NCBI GenBank assembly: GCA_963678065.2
Contig: CAXXVZ010000003.1
Coordinates: 608,001 to 672,000 of the forward strand
Reading direction: 5' to 3'
Length of the DNA: 64,000 bases
DNA from: Treponemataceae bacterium
Lineage (GTDB): Bacteria; Spirochaetota; Spirochaetia; Treponematales; Rectinemataceae
Below the pieces are notes generated by a model. That model saw only the letters and a list, made by a program, of their open reading frames with translations. It did not search any database and had not been told where the DNA came from. Within the stretch, counting starts at the first letter, position 1. Every line of letters begins with the position of its first letter. The translations under genes and the position numbers were made by a program. Below are positions 19,451-28,978 of this stretch, one piece after another.

Positions 19451-21535
19451 TCATCCGTACAAGTGACGGCCTATGATGTGATCCTGGTACTCCGGCGCCA
19501 GCTCGCAGAAGTAGCCACTCCAGCCCCAGACGCGCACGATCAGATTGCGGTGGCGTTCCGGATGCCGGCGCGCATCCTTCAACGTTTCCACATTGAGAGT
19601 GTTCATCTGCAATTGCTGGCAGCCGGTCTGGGCAAAGCTGCGAATCAGCATGGCGACTTTATGGATGGATTCAGTGTCGCGGAAGACCGTGTCCGATAGC
19701 TCCAAAGTAATGGGACCGCCATTGCAGATCCGCCGGTAATTCAATTTCCCGAAGGTCTGCAGAATGCTGATGGGCCCTCTGACTTTGACACCGGGCGAAG
19801 GTGCCAGACTGGAGCTGAAAAACTCCCCTTTCCGGCGACCGTCCGCCGTGGCCTCCACGACCGGTTCCTGCATCGACTGAGCGCCGCGCGCCAGCCAGAC
19901 ATAATACATGGCCGAACCTGTGCCGGGACGGATCACGCGACCTCCGGATCGATCTGAGTGTTTCTCACACGCCTCGGCGAAATCATCGAATAATTGCGCC
20001 AGCAATCCATCTGCCCTGTCATCGTTGTTGCCGACTTTGGGTGCTTCTTGCTCCAGGTTGATTCGCATGTCCTCATGGTCATCGAAATTCGTACTCAATG
20101 CCTTCAGCAGCTCTTCGCCGCTGATTGTCCTTTTATCAAAGACGAAATGTCTGACAGCGCCCAGCGCGTCCGCCGCATTGGCCGAACAGGCGCCATGAAT
20201 GCCAAGGTTGTTGTAGGTGGCGCCCGTCGATAGATCGCGTCCGCGCTCCAGACAATCGCTCATCAAGACTGAATAATACGGGGCGGGCGGAAGTATTATT
20301 TTTCCGCAGCGCGACATGATCGCGTCGACTTGGTTCGAAATGTCCTCACGTGTGCGGCGAAGAATGCCGCTGAAATCATCGCCTGCGCTCAGGCCTTCGC
20401 GAATTCCTCTGTCCGCCGCAGCCGGGAAAGAAACAGCGCCAATATTGACGATATCCATGCCCCTGCCCGGAATGGAATACTCCCAACATGCAGCAACAGT
20501 ATAGTCGCGCGCATCTTCGAGCGTATAACCGTGGGCAACCAATCCGGGGATAACCACTTCGTCGTTTGAATACTGGGGAAATCCGAGCCCTTGGCGCGTC
20601 ATTTCAGAAGCCAGTTCCAACAGATCCAGGGGTGTATTGGGCGTGACACGAAGGTTGATCTTCGGATCGATCATGCTTACATCGCGGGCTACGCGAAGCG
20701 CCATGCGCGTGAGTTCATTCACCGCGTCGCTGCCATCGCGTTTCGTGCCGCCGAGCATCAGCGATTGACCATTATCGCCCTGCTGAATGCCAGGATAGAG
20801 ATCGCTGTCCTTATTAAGGCAGATAAAAAACTCCGCGAGAAGGTCCTCCGCTTCGACGGTGTCAAGCCGGCCGGATTTCAGATCCGGCTCAAGGTATGTC
20901 CACATGTATTGGTCGAACCGCCCGAGACCGACATGGTAGTTTCCGCTCAACCAGATCACGGCGCGCAAAATGACCAGAGACTGCAATGCTTCCTGAAAAC
21001 CGCGCGGCGGATTCGCGGGAACAATATCCAGAATTGCCGCGAGATCCTCTCGTCCGATTCGACGCGCCTCAACGGCGTAGCGGCCGGCCAGATCGAGAAC
21101 GGCATCAATGGTCTCGATGGCGCAGTCAAGGAATTCAACGGCCTCCGGTGTTGTGGCCATGCGCGCGCGCGTTGCTTCGGCCACACGCCTTCTCCCCGCA
21201 AGACCTTGGGAAAGGACCAATCCCCAGTCCGCGCAGACATTGCTTATGGGGCCTAATTCATGAGCATGTCCATCTTCGAACCGCGCCGCCCATTTCTCCG
21301 GCGAATCATAGGCAGGTACTGTCGGGAGTGTTCGCATAAAAACGATTTTCTCACCATCCCGGATTACAGGTTTTTCCGCTTCGCACTGCATCCGCGTCAA
21401 TAGCGACGTTCGTCGCATCCACGACAACTGCTGCTCTTCGCATTGCGCCAATACATCGGGCGAAGATTTCTGGCGAAGATACACATGCTCGCGGGCCCGT
21501 ACCCGTTCCCGCATTTCGTCTAGTCTCCGATTCAT
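19451..21535 (-). CDS. Glycyl radical enzyme (PFL superfamily, uncharacterised type)
   Basis: LGRFDQY, GFPQYSND, AACWE Cys loop, ATADGR, NGG, LQMN, C-terminal LIVRVWGWSGYF glycyl loop. Confidence 0.92.
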   Translation of the reverse strand: MNRRLDEMRERVRAREHVYLRQKSSPDVLAQCEEQQLSWMRRTSLLTRMQCEAEKPVIRDGEKIVFMRTLPTVPAYDSPEKWAARFEDGHAHELGPISNVCADWGLVLSQGLAGRRRVAEATRARMATTPEAVEFLDCAIETIDAVLDLAGRYAVEARRIGREDLAAILDIVPANPPRGFQEALQSLVILRAVIWLSGNYHVGLGRFDQYMWTYLEPDLKSGRLDTVEAEDLLAEFFICLNKDSDLYPGIQQGDNGQSLMLGGTKRDGSDAVNELTRMALRVARDVSMIDPKINLRVTPNTPLDLLELASEMTRQGLGFPQYSNDEVVIPGLVAHGYTLEDARDYTVAACWEYSIPGRGMDIVNIGAVSFPAAADRGIREGLSAGDDFSGILRRTREDISNQVDAIMSRCGKIILPPAPYYSVLMSDCLERGRDLSTGATYNNLGIHGACSANAADALGAVRHFVFDKRTISGEELLKALSTNFDDHEDMRINLEQEAPKVGNNDDRADGLLAQLFDDFAEACEKHSDRSGGRVIRPGTGSAMYYVWLARGAQSMQEPVVEATADGRRKGEFFSSSLAPSPGVKVRGPISILQTFGKLNYRRICNGGPITLELSDTVFRDTESIHKVAMLIRSFAQTGCQQLQMNTLNVETLKDARRHPERHRNLIVRVWGWSGYFCELAPEYQDHIIGRHLYG

Positions 21536-21568
21536 GGCCAGTTTCTCCTTCCACGGGCTAAAGCCCTG

Positions 21569-22324
21569 TCAGCAAACCCGTACCGGCACACCCAGGCGCT
21601 CGAAAGCCGCCGTGTCGGTATTCGTGGCGACCGACTCGTCAAACATGGGAGAAAATTTCATTCCACATGCAGCATATTTGCCGCCGGCAGCCCTGTTGTA
21701 GGGCAGGAGATCCGCACGCATGACACCACTGGTTCTACTGGCCAGAAGAGCTACGGCCTCCAGATTCTCCAGTGTATCGGTCACGCCGGGAACCAATGGT
21801 GTACGAAGGATGATCGGAACATGCATGGTCGATAGTATAGCCAGGTTCCGCAGAATGACTGCATTGTCCACTCCGGTGAATCGACGATGGAGTTCGGGAT
21901 CAATGATCTTGAGGTCGAAATGGACCATGGCGCAACGCCCGGTGACCTGCCGGAAATCTTCTTCGGGAGCATAGCCAGAGGTATCGAGCAGAACAGTCAA
22001 ATCGTCCAGACGATCGATAACTTCAAGCAAAAAGGCCGATTGCATCATTGGCTCGCCCCCGGAAAACGTGATCCCTCCCTCGCCGTTGCGGAGAATGAAA
22101 GCCTGTCGGTTCAGGATGGAGGCCAGTTCTTTAGCCGTGTAAAAGTCTCCGACAAGGCGTTTCCCTGCCACGGTGTGCAGCCGCTGAGGCAGTGAAGAAA
22201 GTCCTTCCGGGTTGTGGCACCAGTTGCAGCGTAGCGGGCAACCCTTCAAAAAAACCGTAGTGCGAATGCCTGGCCCGTCATGGACCGTAAATTCCCGGAT
22301 ATCAAAAACACATCCACGCACCAT
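21569..22324 (-). CDS. Glycyl-radical enzyme activating radical SAM protein
   Basis: HDGPGIRTTVFLKGCPLRCNWCHNPE, GGITFSGGEP, DTSG, LLPYN; no ferredoxin insert. Confidence 0.93.
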   Translation of the reverse strand: MVRGCVFDIREFTVHDGPGIRTTVFLKGCPLRCNWCHNPEGLSSLPQRLHTVAGKRLVGDFYTAKELASILNRQAFILRNGEGGITFSGGEPMMQSAFLLEVIDRLDDLTVLLDTSGYAPEEDFRQVTGRCAMVHFDLKIIDPELHRRFTGVDNAVILRNLAILSTMHVPIILRTPLVPGVTDTLENLEAVALLASRTSGVMRADLLPYNRAAGGKYAACGMKFSPMFDESVATNTDTAAFERLGVPVRVC

Positions 22325-22483
22325 GAAACCGACCTTGGGTCAAAATATTTTCACACGGGCACCACTCCATGGTCATTCTACTGGTAGTAGAAAATCTACA
22401 CTAGGCTTCATTTTGTAGTTAGTCAAGTAATATCACGTAAAATAACTTGACAAAATGATAATACCGGTTAATGATAACGCAAG

Positions 22484-22495
22484 AAAAGCGCTTTT
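22484..22495. promoter_or_regulatory. Palindrome AAAAGCGCTTTT in a divergent promoter region (possible LacI-family operator)
   Basis: Perfect 12-bp palindrome with CG core in the AT-rich gap between the GRE operon and the mlrC-like gene; TTGACA at 22447. Confidence 0.4.
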
Positions 22496-22609
22496 TCCAA
22501 TTCTCCTTGAGGATAGGAAGAGCCTGGACCATAGCTAATGTCGATTCGATCAGATTCGTCAGTGGAACAGTATCTCTACTGACTGCACGTCGTTCCAAAG
22601 GAAAAAAAG

Positions 22610-24085
22610 ATGCGGATTTTTGCCTGCACCCTCGCCACAGAAAGTAACATGTTCTCCCCACTTCCAACCTCGTTACGTGCATACAAAGAGTGTGTATATC
22701 TCCGCCCGGGCGAACATCCCGACGACACAGCGCTCTTTTGCACAGCGCCTCTGTGGGTTGCTCGCCATAGGGCAAAGGCAGAAGGGTTTACGCTCATCGA
22801 GGGAAGCTGTTTCGCTGCCAATCCTTCAGGGTTAACAAACCGTGCCGATTATGAGGCGATGCGCGATGAGATCCTGGCTCAGGTCAAGGCCGCTATGCCA
22901 CTCGACGGTGTGTTGCTAGGCTTGCATGGCGCGATGGTCGCCTATGGCTACGATGATGTAGAGGGCGATATCGTCGAGCGCGTGCGGGCCATTGTTGGTC
23001 CCGATTGCGTGATTGGCATGGAGCTTGATCTGCACTGCCACCTCACTCTGAAACGTGTACGGCTCACGGATATAATCATCCTTTATAAGGAATTTCCGCA
23101 TGTCGATGTCGTGGACCGAGCTGATGAGTTGCTGACTCTCGTGCAGAAGACGATTCGCAAGCAGATCAAACCGGTGATGTCGGTGTACGACTGCCGGCAG
23201 ATTGGGAGCTATCCCACGACGCTGCCGCTGATGCGCGGTCTTGTCGATAAGATAAAGGCCCTGGAAGGCAAGAACGGTGTTTTGTCCATCTCGATCGCCC
23301 ATTGCTTCCCTTACGCCGACGTCTTTGAGATGGGCGGGCGGGTGTTGGTTGTCACAGATGATGACAAAGCGATGGCGGACCGCCTCGCGACTGAGATAGG
23401 AGAGGAATTCGTCGCGATGCGAGGTCGTAGTGCACCTCAGTACTACGATGTCGACGGCGGCATTTTAGCCGCCATCGCTGTCGATGGCTTTCCGGTTGTG
23501 ATCGCCGATACTGCCGATAACCCCGGTGGGGGAGCATCGTCGGATAATACTACTATCCTGCGTCGGCTGATCGCGCGAGACGTCCGTGGGGCGGCTTTGG
23601 GCCCGATTTGGGACCCCATCGCCGTGCGGCTTTGTTTTGACGCCGGACTTGGCGCAACTTTCCCCTTGCGCTTCGGTGGCAAGACAGGTCCTGCCTCGGA
23701 TACACCCGTTGATGCCGATGTAACGGTCACGGGCCTCGCTCGCGATTGTATGCAGAGTTTCGGTCCAACACAGGTGGCGCTTGGGGACTGCGCGGCGGTG
23801 AAAGTGGGCGGTGTCGAAACCGTTCTTATCAGCAACCGCACACAAGCGTTGGGTTTGGAGCTATTCCGCAATGTTGGCATCGAACCTGCGGACCGCAAGA
23901 TCCTGGTAGTGAAATCTACCAATCACTTCATGGGAGCATTCGGACCGATCGCCAAAGAAGTGCTCTACATAGACACTGACATTGATGGACCGATCCCTAT
24001 CAACTATCACAGAATACCATACACAAAGATACAGCGTCCGATGTGGCCACTCGACGATACTACGACAACCGGCCTTATCTACTAG
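22610..24085 (+). CDS. M81 family metallopeptidase (MlrC-like)
   Basis: ATESNMFSP, LHGAM, DLHCH, YKEFPHVD, DTADNPGGG, VVKSTNHF. Confidence 0.9.
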   Translation: MRIFACTLATESNMFSPLPTSLRAYKECVYLRPGEHPDDTALFCTAPLWVARHRAKAEGFTLIEGSCFAANPSGLTNRADYEAMRDEILAQVKAAMPLDGVLLGLHGAMVAYGYDDVEGDIVERVRAIVGPDCVIGMELDLHCHLTLKRVRLTDIIILYKEFPHVDVVDRADELLTLVQKTIRKQIKPVMSVYDCRQIGSYPTTLPLMRGLVDKIKALEGKNGVLSISIAHCFPYADVFEMGGRVLVVTDDDKAMADRLATEIGEEFVAMRGRSAPQYYDVDGGILAAIAVDGFPVVIADTADNPGGGASSDNTTILRRLIARDVRGAALGPIWDPIAVRLCFDAGLGATFPLRFGGKTGPASDTPVDADVTVTGLARDCMQSFGPTQVALGDCAAVKVGGVETVLISNRTQALGLELFRNVGIEPADRKILVVKSTNHFMGAFGPIAKEVLYIDTDIDGPIPINYHRIPYTKIQRPMWPLDDTTTTGLIY

Positions 24086-24215
24086 ACCGGCGACAGGCGT
24101 TGTAGGAAAACAGGAGTGTGGAAGATGGCTGCATGAAAAAAACAAGTACTGTGGATACTACGTCTGCGCGTGGCCTATGGGTGCGCACGCAGGCGACAAC
24201 AGGAGGAGAGGAAAC

Positions 24216-25328
24216 ATGGATGGGATTCCATTTGTCAAGAATTCTGCTTCGCTGCCTTCTCCCTCACTGCTGCTCTACGAGGAAGCGATTCGTAAAAATT
24301 TTATCGAGGCGATTCGGATTGCAGGATCGGTGTCACGGTTGAGACCTCATGTCAAGACACACAAAACAGTGGAGATTTCTCGCCTCGCGATGTCCTTCGG
24401 GATCGAGAAGTTCAAGTGTGCCACGATCGCCGAAGCGGAGATGCTAGCCGCAGCCGAAGCGCCGGATATCCTTGTCGCCTATCCCCTTGTCGGCAGGAAC
24501 GCAGAACGATTTGTAGAGCTCGTGCGCCGTTATCCCCGGACGAAATTCTCCACTCTCGTCGATGCCCTAGGTCCGGCGCGAAGACTTGGTGAGTTGATCG
24601 AGGAGGCAGGTATTTCAGCAGGTGCGTTCCTCGATCTCGATGTTGGCCAACACCGCACGGGCGTCGGCCCCGGAACAGTAGCGGAAGAGCTCTACAGATT
24701 TATCTCCTCTCGCCAAGGTCTGCACCCCGCGGGGCTTCACTGCTTCGATGGCCACAATCACCAGAGTGATCTCGGAGAACGAACTGCCGCGGCTGAAGCG
24801 TGTCACGCAATCATGGACTCAGTACGTCGCCCTCTAGTAGACGCGGGAATGTCCGTGCCGGAAGTCGTCATGGGAGGGACACCTACATTCCCGTGCTATG
24901 CAAAGATGGAAGGGATAATTCTATCCCCTGGCACCTGTTTCCTCCACGATTATAGCTACGCGTCGAGTTTCCCCGACCTTCATTTTATGACCGCCGCGAT
25001 AATCCTCGCGCATGTCGTGAGCAGGAATGAAGGACTGGGTACATTCTGCATCGATCTCGGACACAAGGGTATTTCGGCTGACCCCAAGGGTTTGCGTGGG
25101 AAAATCCTCAATCTTGACGGCTGTGAACCACTATTGCAGAACGAGGAACACTGGGTCTTCAAGAAGCCCGAAGGACAATTGCCCGAAATAGGTGATGAAG
25201 TTTACGTACTCCCGACCCATATCTGTCCCACCGTCGCACTCTATGAGCGCGCGCATATCGTCGATGCAGATGATTTGTGGCGATCGGAGTGGAAAATCGC
25301 GGCGAGAGACAGGAGTATCGGCGTTTAA
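24216..25328 (+). CDS. D-TA family PLP enzyme (D-threonine aldolase / D-serine dehydratase-like)
   Basis: LRPHVKTHK (PLP Lys), KCATIAEAE, HRTG, GGTPT, NEEH, HICP. Confidence 0.88.
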   Translation: MDGIPFVKNSASLPSPSLLLYEEAIRKNFIEAIRIAGSVSRLRPHVKTHKTVEISRLAMSFGIEKFKCATIAEAEMLAAAEAPDILVAYPLVGRNAERFVELVRRYPRTKFSTLVDALGPARRLGELIEEAGISAGAFLDLDVGQHRTGVGPGTVAEELYRFISSRQGLHPAGLHCFDGHNHQSDLGERTAAAEACHAIMDSVRRPLVDAGMSVPEVVMGGTPTFPCYAKMEGIILSPGTCFLHDYSYASSFPDLHFMTAAIILAHVVSRNEGLGTFCIDLGHKGISADPKGLRGKILNLDGCEPLLQNEEHWVFKKPEGQLPEIGDEVYVLPTHICPTVALYERAHIVDADDLWRSEWKIAARDRSIGV

Positions 25329-25373
25329 GAGTCTTCAGAGGGTATGTTTTCATCCTGCCCATAGGAGGTAAGC

Positions 25374-25832
25374 ATGAGTGCGTACGAAAATCTGTCCAAA
25401 CTTGGGTATACACTTCCGGCGCCACCGCCACTCGGGGGGCTGTATGTTAGGGTGAAACGGATCGGTAACATGGCTTACGTATCCGGGCAAGGGCCCACCT
25501 TGAACGGGGTGCCCGCGTTCAAAGGTAAGCTCGGCGTTGAGGTGACTCTGGCGCAGGGGCAGGAAGCCGCCAGGACCTGTACGCTTAACGCTCTGGCGGT
25601 TCTGCATGATTCGCTCGGTTCGCTCGATAAAGTCAAAAACGTTGTGAAAGTACTTGGATTCGTGGCGAGTGCTCCGGGATTCAACGACCAGCCAATGGTG
25701 ATCAACGGCTGTTCGCAACTACTCATCGACGTCTTCGGAGAGTCGGGAAAGCACGCTCGCTCAGCGATCGGTACCAATGAATTGCCCGGTAACATTCCTG
25801 TGGAGATAGAGTTCATATTCGAGGTCGAGTGA
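25374..25832 (+). CDS. RidA/YjgF family enamine/imine deaminase
   Basis: YVSGQGP, GKLG, DQPMVINGCS, HARSAIG (conserved Arg), PVEIE. Confidence 0.92.
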   Translation: MSAYENLSKLGYTLPAPPPLGGLYVRVKRIGNMAYVSGQGPTLNGVPAFKGKLGVEVTLAQGQEAARTCTLNALAVLHDSLGSLDKVKNVVKVLGFVASAPGFNDQPMVINGCSQLLIDVFGESGKHARSAIGTNELPGNIPVEIEFIFEVE

Positions 25833-25944
25833 GCAGAGCACAGCGCACAGCCTCCTACCTGGTGCATGATGCTTTGAGAATGATGTATCTACCCGACATC
25901 GATTCATCGAAGCACGAAAAACCAGGTACCGGACCTTTGAAATC

Positions 25945-27222
25945 TCACTTATTCGCAAACCGGGACGTATGACTCCACAGTCCGAGTGAGGGGTTGGGAA
26001 TAAAAAAGAAAGGTTCACCTGCTCTGTTCGTGTTCCATCCTGGCACGCATGCTTCAGGCCTGTAGAGGGAAACGGCTTCGCTCATGCCGGTCCAACCAAA
26101 GTCAACCGATTCAATCTCTTCTTTTGTGACTCCAGGACCTGGAGCGTAGGTGACCGTGAATCTGCCCTCGGGACAGCCATGGATGAGATGCGCGGCGGCG
26201 GACATGCTCGCAGCAAGATCGGCGTTGTCTGCGACGAGCTGTACGATTTCCTTGCCCGACCGGTACCCGTATTTTCTGATGAGTGCGTCGATCTCGAGGT
26301 CTTCCCCGAAGCGCTCAAGCCCCGGAGCTATCACGACGAGCTCGCCACCGTCCGCCATAGCCATCCGTGTGCGGTAAACAGCCTTGTTTCCGATCCAGGT
26401 CGTCCTGAACATGGAAGGGTCGAGCCAGACGACCGCCTTTTTCAGGGGCACATCGAGGAGGTCGAGGTTGACCTCGCGGGAGAGGGCGGCTGCCCGCTCG
26501 AAGCAGTCCCTGTCGTCCCCCGAGAAAAATCCCCTGAGAGCAAGACTGCCATCCTGCCGTTGTCCGACGACCGTGAGCATCCAGAGGATGGGCGGCAGTT
26601 TGCTGCCATACCGTGCCAGCGCTTCGTCGAAAAGGGCGCGCACCGGGGTGTTCGTCCTGCCCATCATGCGCTCCATTCCGTAGACGGCTCCAAGGAAGTG
26701 GCTTTTGTCAATAGCTTCCTTTCCGCCCGCTCCGACGAATATGTTTTTGGCCTGGTTGGCCATGCCGACGACTTCGTGAGGGACCACCTGGCCGATCGAA
26801 ATGATCTTGTCGTAGGCACCAGATACGAGATCCCTGTGGACAGGCCAGTCATAATCGAGGAGGCCGCCAGAAACCGACGATACAAAACTCCCTTCGATCC
26901 GCCCAAGTTCAGTGACCCCATTTCTCCAGTCGTGACTGCGGAAAAGCGAAAGTGGGGTTTTCGGAAACATCGAGCCAAGCTCGGCACAGGTCATGGGTAT
27001 GTGGGTTCCAAGCGCGGGCATGACTGCCGCAAGGGAAGATCCCAGGTGGCCGTACACCATGTCAGTGATGAGGCCAGCCCTCGAGTGATGGCGAGTAAGG
27101 TCGGGAGGAAGCGCGATTGCGCGCTTTGAAGGGCCTGATTTCGTGATGCTCGACTCGACGAGCGAACGCAGTTCTTCGTCCGTGATGTCGGCCAGGGCCG
27201 AGCCGGTAGCTTCATATGTCAT
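25945..27222 (-). CDS. LarA (lactate racemase) superfamily protein, likely sugar-acid epimerase
   Basis: PPDLTR, ALGTH, VVPHEVVGMANQAK, SHFLG, WIGNKAVYRTRMA. Start approximate. Confidence 0.85.
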   Translation of the reverse strand: MTYEATGSALADITDEELRSLVESSITKSGPSKRAIALPPDLTRHHSRAGLITDMVYGHLGSSLAAVMPALGTHIPMTCAELGSMFPKTPLSLFRSHDWRNGVTELGRIEGSFVSSVSGGLLDYDWPVHRDLVSGAYDKIISIGQVVPHEVVGMANQAKNIFVGAGGKEAIDKSHFLGAVYGMERMMGRTNTPVRALFDEALARYGSKLPPILWMLTVVGQRQDGSLALRGFFSGDDRDCFERAAALSREVNLDLLDVPLKKAVVWLDPSMFRTTWIGNKAVYRTRMAMADGGELVVIAPGLERFGEDLEIDALIRKYGYRSGKEIVQLVADNADLAASMSAAAHLIHGCPEGRFTVTYAPGPGVTKEEIESVDFGWTGMSEAVSLYRPEACVPGWNTNRAGEPFFFIPNPSLGLWSHTSRFANK

Positions 27223-27599
27223 GACCAACGAGTATACAGGAATCTGCACAAAAAACACCAGAAGGGTCTGATAGAACCATGGAAGAGAGTTGATTCCAGG
27301 TGACAGAGCCCGAAAATCTCCACCGTCCGGATAAAAGGAGACAACTCCTGCATTGAAATCCCTTGTCAGATCCATTCCGGAATCACGATACAGAAAATGG
27401 TACTTCCCCCGGCGATGAGATCATGAATTTCTTTCATTGACATTGCAATACGCTTTTTTGCGGGTTATCCTGAATAAGTTCCCTTGGTCATTCATGAGTT
27501 TTTTCAATGTGACCAATCGCATCTCGATTGAGATCCTTTGCGTTTCACGCAAAGATTCGGATCTGTCCCCGATCCTTGGGAATTTGCAAGGAAGCTGAA

Positions 27600-28763
27600 A
27601 TGTACAGACCGCCACGGGTGGCCCTCTTGGTCGAGACCTCGGTAGTGTACGGCCGGGGGATCCTAACCGGGATTTCTCAATATCTGCGTGAACATTATCC
27701 CTGGTCTATCTTTCTCGAACAGAAAGAACTTGGAGCCTTGCCGCCATCGTGGCTCGAATCGGGGAAATGGGACGGCATCATCAGCCGACCCACGAACCAC
27801 GAGCTGGCAGAGATCTTCCGGCGGATGAGCATGCCCGTCGTCGATCTCAACGATTTCTTCGACGATCTCGGTTTTCCCCGTATTGCATCGGACAACAGGA
27901 TGATCGGCAGATTGGGAGCCGAGCACCTTATAGAGAAGGGGTTCAGGCGCTTCGGTTTCTGTAGTTTCGTGCATGAGCTTTGGGCTGCGGACAGGCAGGA
28001 GGGCTTCGAGTCGTCGATAGAGAAAACCGGATGCACATGTTCTGTCTTTTCCACAGAATGGCGCGGGACGGCAGTTCCGACATGGGACAGAGACCAGAAG
28101 GATATCATGGACTGGCTTTCTTCTTTCGATCATCCGGCAGCCATAATGGCGTGCAACGATGTCCGCGGACGTCAGGTTCTCGACGCCTGCTATCTTCTGG
28201 GCATCCATGTACCGGAGGAGATTGCCGTCATCGGCGTAGACGACGAGAAAATTTTCTGCGAACTGAGTACCCCGCCGCTCTCAAGCGTCAGACCCAATCC
28301 CGAGTTGATCGGCTACCAGGCCGCGGACATGCTGGCCGCCCTCATGGCAGGCGGAGGGCCTCAGGGGGATGTACTCAGTCTAGTAGCTCCGATAGGTATC
28401 GTTTCACGTCAGTCTAGTGACGTGAGCGCCATCACCGACCCGGCTGTCGCTCAGGCTTTGCGCTTCATCAGGGATCAGGCATTGCACGGCTGCACCGTAG
28501 ACGATGTGCTCAAAAACGTCGCAATCTCCAGAAGTCCCCTCGAGAGAAAATTCCGCAAATTCATCGGAAGATCCCCCCAGGAAGAAATCTGGGCGATCAG
28601 GATCAACAGGATAAAAGAGCTGCTCAGGGAAACCGACCTCAAATTGCCTGCGATCGCGGAACTCTGCGGCTTCGAGCATCCCGAATACATGAGCGTGATA
28701 TTCAAGCGCGAAACCTGCATGACTCCGGGTGAGTATCGTGTCAGGACACACATGGCGGTTTGA
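27600..28763 (+). CDS. XylR-type regulator (LacI-like sensor + AraC HTH)
   Basis: VALLVETSVVYGRGIL, ACNDVRG, VPEEIAVIGVD, RQSSD; AraC C-terminus ELCGFEHPEYM..FKRETCMTPGEYR. Confidence 0.9.
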   Translation: MYRPPRVALLVETSVVYGRGILTGISQYLREHYPWSIFLEQKELGALPPSWLESGKWDGIISRPTNHELAEIFRRMSMPVVDLNDFFDDLGFPRIASDNRMIGRLGAEHLIEKGFRRFGFCSFVHELWAADRQEGFESSIEKTGCTCSVFSTEWRGTAVPTWDRDQKDIMDWLSSFDHPAAIMACNDVRGRQVLDACYLLGIHVPEEIAVIGVDDEKIFCELSTPPLSSVRPNPELIGYQAADMLAALMAGGGPQGDVLSLVAPIGIVSRQSSDVSAITDPAVAQALRFIRDQALHGCTVDDVLKNVAISRSPLERKFRKFIGRSPQEEIWAIRINRIKELLRETDLKLPAIAELCGFEHPEYMSVIFKRETCMTPGEYRVRTHMAV

Positions 28764-28978
28764 AGCACAGCGTGAATCATTCTGCATTCCATGAGAATGG
28801 GTAAAGGATCTCAAGAAGGGGATGACCTCTCTCATTGCGGATTCCGGAATACGGCCTGACAATAACAACCGAAACGACGTGAGACGTGACTCCACGCCTG
28901 ACTCGAGTTGGGTTTTTCTGCCGGATCAAACGGTGGATAGTCTCTGGCGATTCCGATCGGCTTATGGAGAGAGGTATC

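Noticed and set aside
19451..21535. Calling the GRE pyruvate formate-lyase (pflB)
   Set aside because: It lacks the adjacent Cys-Cys pair of true PFL.
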